DNA of 64,000 bases from Octopus sinensis. Lineage: Eukaryota. Positions 56,380 to 64,000 of the stretch are shown in pieces (position 1 is the first letter of the stretch; each line of letters opens with the position of its first letter). The stretch lies in the NCBI RefSeq assembly GCF_006345805.1, contig NC_043008.1, forward strand, positions 1,612,001 through 1,676,000, written 5' to 3'. The position numbers were made by a program, and so were the translations under genes. The notes under the pieces are model-generated. The model worked only from the letters and a program-made list of their open reading frames with translations, did not search any database and had not been told where the DNA came from.

Positions 56380-56759
56380 GTTATGTTAGAAAAATGTTTG
56401 AAAATTTTACGTATAGTAACATTCTTTTGGGAGAAATAACAGGTTTCGTATTTTCTTTTCAAATTTCTCAAATTTCTTTACCTCTATTGTGTCATGTCTT
56501 CGCTATGTTATGAAATACGGAGTTCCCGTATACGGAGGCAATCAGGTATTTTTCAGGTATAGGTTGGGAATGACTAGTTTTTAATTAATTTGACATGAAT
56601 TGGTTTAGAAGGAATAGAATGTTACAAGTGGTTAGGTTGTGCCTTATAAGTTTTTCAATGCGGTGAGTTTCCTTATTTAAAGATACTAGAAATGGTTAAA
56701 TATTGGCTTATATTCTTAAATGAAGTAAGGAAACCTACTTCCCGTAGATTAGTGGTCTG

Positions 56760-56880
56760 TCAGAAGAGACGGATAAAATAAGTACTAGCTATACAAAGAA
56801 TAAGTCCTGCGGTCGATTTTTTCAAATAAAGGCGGTGTTCAAGGATGGCAACAGTGACTGAAACAAATAAAAGTATAAGG
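56760..56880 (+). mobile_element. Family-C SINE 3' fragment
   Basis: aataagtactagctatacaaagaataagtcctgcggtcgat...aaaggcggtgttcaaggatggcaacagtgactgaaacaaataaaag is the reverse complement of the family-C tail. Confidence 0.7.
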
Positions 56881-57739
56881 TAAAGAGGATTAAAGTAGTA
56901 GAAAAGGTAGGAACTCCGATAAAATCCCCGATCCGTAGAAAGGACACTATCTACGGAGAACAACTGTATAATATGTAGGATGACCCCGCAGGTTAACCGT
57001 AAGAGTAGAAACGTATCATATAGCGTACTGAGTACTGAGAGACGGTGCAGAAATAAGGCAGGTTATATTGTTGAGGCGGCGTGGCATAATAGAGCAAAAG
57101 GATAGGTGTACACTGGCGGGTACTCAACGAGGAGAAATGCTTGTCAATGTTCTAGTAACATGTTCAGTTAGAAAATGGAGCTGAGGTTAATAATATAGAT
57201 GCTAAGGTATTATCAACGCATATAAAAAAAACACCACACTCAGATTATAGGCCACACACAGTAGTTAGCAGAACGAGCCTTAATAGAAATATGAGAGGAA
57301 CAATAACACGGCCACAACCACACAACACAACATGGGAACTACAGAATGAACGAGTCACAGAGAGAAACATATACAACTAGTATAGTACATATACGATATA
57401 CACATAGCTAAGATAAAAGAGGAAAAATACAGAGATAAACGAATATATGAATCAATAAAAAAATAAGCTACGAAATAAATAAATATATAAAAGGCACAGA
57501 TAAAAACGGATTATTAAGCAAAACACCTATAGGCACACGAAACGCACAAAAACATAGAGACGCGTACACACGCAAGCAACGCTAACAGTCACAAACACAC
57601 ACAAACACACACACACACATAGACGCAGACGCAATTACATGCGAAAATACACACCACACAAAGACAGGAGATTAAACAGAACCGGAAGAGCCACGTTGGA
57701 TCGAACGTCACTGAAAAGATAACAGGTGCGTGACGAAAG

Positions 57740-57861
57740 ATTTCTTCTTCTTCTTCTTCTTCTTTTTCTTCTTCTTCTATTTCTTCTTCTTCTTCTTCTT
57801 CTTTTTCTTCTGCTTCCTATTATTATTATTATTATTATTGTTATTATTATTATTATTATGA

Positions 57862-57901
<40 letters not shown>

Positions 57902-57963
57902 GATTATGATTATTATTATTATTATTATTTTTATGATCATTATTATTATTATTATTATTATGA

Positions 57964-58010
<47 letters not shown>

Positions 58011-58012
58011 AT
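57740..58012. repeat. Compound (TTC)n(ATT)n microsatellite
   Basis: Directly visible. It generates the poly-I, poly-N and poly-R/K pseudo-ORFs. Confidence 0.95.
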
Positions 58013-58018
58013 AATTAA

Positions 58019-58229
58019 GGCGGCGAGCTGGCAGAATCATTTACACGCCGGGCGAAATGTTTAGCGGTATTTCGTCTGTCTTTATGATCTGAGTTCAAAT
58101 TCCGCAGAGGTCGACTTTGCCTTTCATCCTTTCGAAGGTCGATAAATTAATTACCAGTTGCGTACTGGGGTCGATCAAATCGACTGGTGCCCTTCTCCAA
58201 AATTTCAGGCCTAGTGCCTAGAGTAGAAA
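58019..58229 (+). mobile_element. Family-A SINE with the alternative 3' tail
   Basis: Same head and body as 12294, but the tail is ...cccttctccaaaatttcaggcctagtgcctagagtagaaa. Confidence 0.9.
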
Positions 58230-60759
58230 TGGTTATTATTATTGTTGTTGTTGTTGTTGTTGTTGTCGTTGTATAATTTGCTGACACCGTGTTTTCATTA
58301 CTATCATTCTTATTATGAAAAAAGTATATCAGGTACCGAACTCAACTTTCGGTATCTAAGTGAATCAGTAGAGACTTTAGATTTAATATTTTGAATTTTG
58401 AATGCGACAACGCTTTTATTATCATATTAATGCAATCTAAACGTAAGTGATTTGGAGTTATAATCTTCTGGGATTAAAACACAAGGACAACAAACATTTC
58501 CGGTTGAATGAGATTCCGTGGAAATAAGGATCCTATTTGATCAGTATTGATCTCATAGTTTGGGAATTCAATATTCTTAACTCGCGTGGTCTGTGGAACA
58601 ATATTACTTTTCCCGTACGCCATAAAAGCTGCTATAATAAGTTGTAACCCACTGCGTCTCCCTTGGTAACGTCAGGCCTTTCATGACGTATTGCAAAAGA
58701 TTCGTGTTAGATGTCAGCGGTAGGAAATATATGTAAGAACAACAAATATTTACTTCAAACGCACCAAGTGACACTGAAAAACACATATATGTGTATATAA
58801 TTTTTTTTTCGTTTTTAATCGCTTTTTCATTCATAATATATTTTGACCGGTAACCTTCTGGGTAGAGGGCTTTTAAATGAAAGCATCTAGTTTTGCAAAT
58901 TAACCATTAAATCTTAATGTCTTGAAGAATATTATAGCCGCAGATATTGCGATTATTTGTAGTGTATGAATTAAAGATTTGCGTTTCCGTCCCAAAACTG
59001 TAAGATCAGTCATACTTTCCTCGAAATAGCTTGTTGAATATCCATTTGCTCCCATGATAATAAGTATGAACATAAAAGTATATTTTGGGCACGGGATTCG
59101 CAAACTCCTTATCAGTGGGCCATACACGATCTCTTTCACATTGGTGTGAATAGGGCAGCTGATTTTAACAGCAGAAACTATTTCTTCGTGGAGTCAAAAC
59201 ATCTGGCTGCTTAATTCTTTTGACTTACTGGTCAAAACGCTTTGTGCGTTGGTGGTTTTCATTTTTATGATTCTGTTCAAGATCGTTCTGGCCACGATAT
59301 CATGTCTCATGGGAAGATAATATATGACAGACATTCTCTTGCAGTTTATTGATGTCTTCACTCTAAGTCTTGCTGAACCTAAATTTGCCTATCAACATTT
59401 TCTGCTTCTTATGCGGTAGGTACATGGTGGGGGATATTTTGCTCTTGAATGGCATAGGGGTCGCCTACAAATTGAAGGGTCATATGTATTGTTGTATGTT
59501 TACACCATTGGTCGAATTGGTGTACAACTCTGAAGCATATGAAATCTGGTAATTTCTTCTTTTTATTTCCAATTGCTCTTCTTGTGCATCACACGAATGC
59601 CAAGAATATTAATCCTCGAATTAATTTTAGCGAAGGAATTACGTGAGAGAGTGATGCTGAGAAATTTCTATCGTAACCCATCTTTTGTATATTTGTTTTG
59701 TGTCTTTCGTTTCAAAATATTTAGTATATTTATAATATTTCAAGTTTACCAAAGTATTTCGTTAACCAAAGTGGCCTAGTGCCATAATATTTCACCAGCG
59801 CCACTATTTCTATGTCCTTACTCAGAAGTTTTTGATACTCTTCTAAGCTCGTTTGAAGTGTTTTTGCACCATTCTGGTAAATATCGCCGAGATGTTCTCT
59901 CAAACATTTTAGCAACGGAATTTTGTCGATATATGCTTAGCAGTCTTAGCCCCGAGCATACAGCAGGCTTTACTGGATTACATGTTTCCAATAGTACAGT
60001 GTATGCTTTCTGCTTACATACCTTAGCATAAACACAAACACACACACGCGCGAGCGTGGGCGCGCGCATACACACACAAACACGCACGCAGGCGCACAAG
60101 ATACACTAACTGGTACACTTCACAGACATATTGGCTGCAAAATTGAAATGTACAACAATTTTTTTTTGCATATCTGCTGAAACGTACCTGTAACAAAATC
60201 AGCCACAGCGCTAACGACATTGCACTAACGAAATCCAATAAATCATTAGCTTGAACTTAAATGTCACCGATTCCCGAGAAAATTATTCAGTTTTTTCCTG
60301 CGTGGAATACATAATATAAGATCGTGTGTCATATTCCATGAAATACAGAATGAAGAAAAAAAAATAACTCTTTCTCGTTACAATTCAAAGACACTTACCA
60401 ATATATAGATGCAAAATGTTTTCCCAACTGCAAAGCATTCCACCACCACGAAAAATATTGAGCAAGCATATTATTATCGTTGGACATATTTTCGAACTGT
60501 CGGTTAAGAAACTTTATAAAGATTTTTATTAGTAAATGTCAAACTCTTGCGAGAGTATCTATTAGGGAGTCTAATAAATGGTACGCGCTGGCTTCAACGC
60601 TCGAGGGTGATGAGATATTAAACTTAGGTTCTAAAGTTGGGAAAATTTATATCTGAAAGTTAATTTTGCTTTCACATTTTAATACATGACCAGCGATTTC
60701 TGAAGAGAGATGAAGTCGAATACATTGAGGTCAAAGCCAAACTGGTATTTTGTTCTTTA

Positions 60760-61060
60760 TAACAACGGGATGAATTGCAGAGCTGATCCCGACTGTTTTG
60801 AACGTTGAGCCGGGAGAAATGTCGTTAAACACATTGACCGGTGTGCTAAATATTCATCCAGCTCACCGCCTTAGTTGCGTTTAATATCAATTTCAAATGT
60901 TGACACATGACCAATAAATCAAGGGTTTAAGTCGATTACATCGACTCTTGTTTTCAACTGGTACTCATACTACCCTCCTCGTTAAGACGAAAAGCAAAGT
61001 CGACCCCCACCGGATTTAATCACGGAAAAGAATGACAGACGAAATGCATTTTGCACGGCA
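60760..61060 (-). mobile_element. Two degenerate family-A SINE pieces (about 60760-60872 and 60910-61060)
   Basis: gaccggtgtgctaaatattcatccagctcaccgcctt and gtcgattacatcgac...ctggtactc...aaagcaaagtcgac match the family-A reverse complement. Confidence 0.65.
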
Positions 61061-61465
61061 CGGAAACAAATCTGAGACTGACGCCTTGTATTTGTTTAAT
61101 AACAACATCTTCAACAAAGACGTTTGAAGAATGCAACTCGGAATATAACTCTGTAGCATACACTGAAAGAAGTCAAGAAATGTAAATACGGAGGTGAGGG
61201 TTTCAAAATCGAGAATAAATTAAGAGGAACATTTCAAAGAAAATGTTATTACTACCGAAGAAAATATCACTTTACCCGATTGATCCCCAGAATTGTGATC
61301 CATACAAGAATATACGGCAGGGGACAATTTTGATATAACCACAAATATAGTTATTTCATCAACTTCATTCTGACGCGCAGATATGCGTATATAGACACAC
61401 ACAGATATACAACAACATATATGTATCTATACATATATACATACATGCATATATGCACATACGCG

Positions 61466-61522
<57 letters not shown>

Positions 61523-61630
61523 ATGTCTATGTATTAATATATATATACACACACACATATATATATATATATAGATAGATATTTATTTCTATATCGATAT
61601 ATATGCACGTACATGTACAATCATATATAT

Positions 61631-61684
<54 letters not shown>

Positions 61685-62376
61685 GCGTATATACACACAA
61701 CTATTTATACATCGTATGTACATATCTATATCTATATCTTCCTATTTATCTCTCTCTCCATCTCTCTCTCTCTACACATACAAAGACACACATATATGTA
61801 TATATACACATGTGTATATATGCGTTTGTGTGAATGTCTGTATATGCACATCTACATTCGTGTGCGTGCGCGCTGGCGCGGTGGTGTTTGTGTAACTCTT
61901 ACGTATGTATGCACGATTTTATGTAATGCTAACTAACTACGTGTGAGGGGGAAAACAACCAACTTTTCACTCTTATTAAATAAATTATCTGGCAAAAAAT
62001 CATTTGAAATATCAGTGAAAGAGAGAAAAAAAATAATGTCTTCTATCAAATTATGATGTATCAGAATTAACCTTTAATATATCAAAATAATGCCAAACGC
62101 ATTTCGATGAGGGAGATAAATTTATTGCTTTCCGTTCATTGATATTTTTTGTTCACGTTTGCAAGTCTATTTCGGAGCCTTATTGATATGATTATGATTC
62201 GTAGTGAGTTGCAGTGAAAAATATAATCAACGAAGAAATCTGGCAACAATTTTTTTGAATAGAAAAAATCGGAATCAAATATAAAATACTTGATATTGCA
62301 CATTTTATTTTCGTCCAACAGGATGTATTATTTGCAGTATGGAAATGAGAGAAATTTTAATATACCAATGCAGAAA

Positions 62377-62789
62377 GGCGGCGAGCTGGCAGAAACTTTA
62401 GCACGCCGGGCGAATGCTTAGCCGCATTTTTGTTCTGCCGTTTCGTTCTGAGTCAACTTGGCTTTTCATCCTTTCAGGGTCGATTAAATAAGTACCAGTT
62501 ACGCACTGGGATCGATATAATCGACTTAATCCATTTCTCTGTCCTTGTTTGTCCCCTCTGTGTTTAGCCCCTTGTGGGCAATAAATAAATAAGAAAAGTT
62601 AGCACACCGGGCGTAATGCTTAGCGGTATTTCGTCAGTCTTTACGTCCTGAGTTCACATTCCGCCGAGAACGACTCTGCTTTTCGTCCTTTCAGGGTCGA
62701 TTAATTAAGTACCAGTTGCCTACTGGAGTCGATCTAGTTGACTAATCTCATCGCCCAAATTTTCGTGTCTTGTACCGGGAATAGAAAAC
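62377..62789 (+). mobile_element. Tandem or nested pair of family-A SINEs (62377-62591 and 62592-62789) with different tails
   Basis: The first copy is complete with the gtcccctc...ccccttgtgggcaataaa tail. The second starts at agaaaagttagcacaccgggcg and ends with the cccaaattttcgtgtcttgtacc..atagaaa tail. Confidence 0.88.
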
Positions 62790-63002
62790 AATACATACAA
62801 ATATAATGTCGGCTCTCTATACAATGCATTTATTTGAATCACATGGCACTATCATATGAACATATGTGGAAGTACATACATGCATTTTTTATATACATAC
62901 ATGTATGTGTGTGCTTGTGTGAGTGGATGTGGGTGTGAATGCTTATGTATATATTCCTGCGCATTAGAGTGCGTGCAAAGCACTCTAAATACGCGTGTCA
63001 AT

Positions 63003-63063
<61 letters not shown>

Positions 63064-63738
63064 ATTTGTCAATAATACTGAAGAGTTTATGAAGATTAAC
63101 ATGTTCATATTTATGTATTAGTTGTATACTAACGAAGATATAAACGTATAAAATTATCTAATGATGCTTCATTAATTTATTAAACGAATCTCATTTTCGA
63201 TTGAATATATTTATGTCAGGCTCAAGCAGAGACATTTTAATGTTACAGCAGTAAAGTTTTTTTTTCTTTTAATAAAAAATACATTAGTTCAGTGCCTCAG
63301 TTCTGGATGAAGAATTATGTTCAGTGCATTCAAGTTATTTGCACGATTCCGATACTTTCTATACATCTGCATATGCCCATACCCGGCTGTATAGAAAGTA
63401 CCGGATTCATGTAAATCGCCTATAAAGGAGAGGAGAGTGCATATCATTTTGCTAAATACATAATAATGATTGGTGAGGCACGATTTTGTCTTGCAGTCTA
63501 GGACTACATTCTCTCATTCGTTTTCATATTTAAGCAGCATTGTTGACTGTAAGTTCCAATTTCGCGTCTGAACAAAGGTTGGTGAAATATGACTTGCGAT
63601 ATAGAAAATGAAAACTGATATACATCAAGAAGATGAAAAATGTCTAAGGATGTAGGTTTGATTTTTGATGTATTTGATCTGGACCCGCTTCATACGGAAG
63701 TAATCTTCGAAACACACACATTTATAAAAACCCACACA

Positions 63739-64000
<262 letters not shown>

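Noticed and set aside
57682-57712. ccggaagagccacgttggatcgaacgtc, resembling a decayed minimal hammerhead
   Set aside because: U4 is changed, GAAA is shortened and stem II is mismatched. A non-functional relic at best.

Overview
AT-rich, repeat-saturated eukaryotic DNA with no recognisable intact gene, rRNA/tRNA gene or CRISPR array. The SINE families and the very heavy (TA)n/(CA)n/(TAGA)n/(ATT)n load point to a cephalopod genome, probably Octopus (inference from recalled repeat families, not a database search). Most ORFs in the supplied track are microsatellite artefacts. Supported elements: a full-length dead Hsmar1-like mariner with TIRs (4168-5416), a second mariner fragment, Tc1-like and pogo/Tigger-like remnants, two RTE-type LINE relics (one with an 11-bp TSD and a twin-priming-style 5' inversion), copies of four SINE families, and a decayed Myb/SANT-like plus Q-rich ORF. 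The main discovery is ribozyme-bearing DNA. At 44390-45143 a young non-coding element has two 267-bp direct repeats (one mismatch, period 487 bp). Each repeat carries a complete type I hammerhead ribozyme on the minus strand, which gives a retrozyme-like layout predicted to release a 487-nt structured RNA that could circularise. At 37939-37989 a second, minimal hammerhead with a compensatory G3:C8 core swap and a palindromic stem III sits inside a 75-bp inverted repeat.
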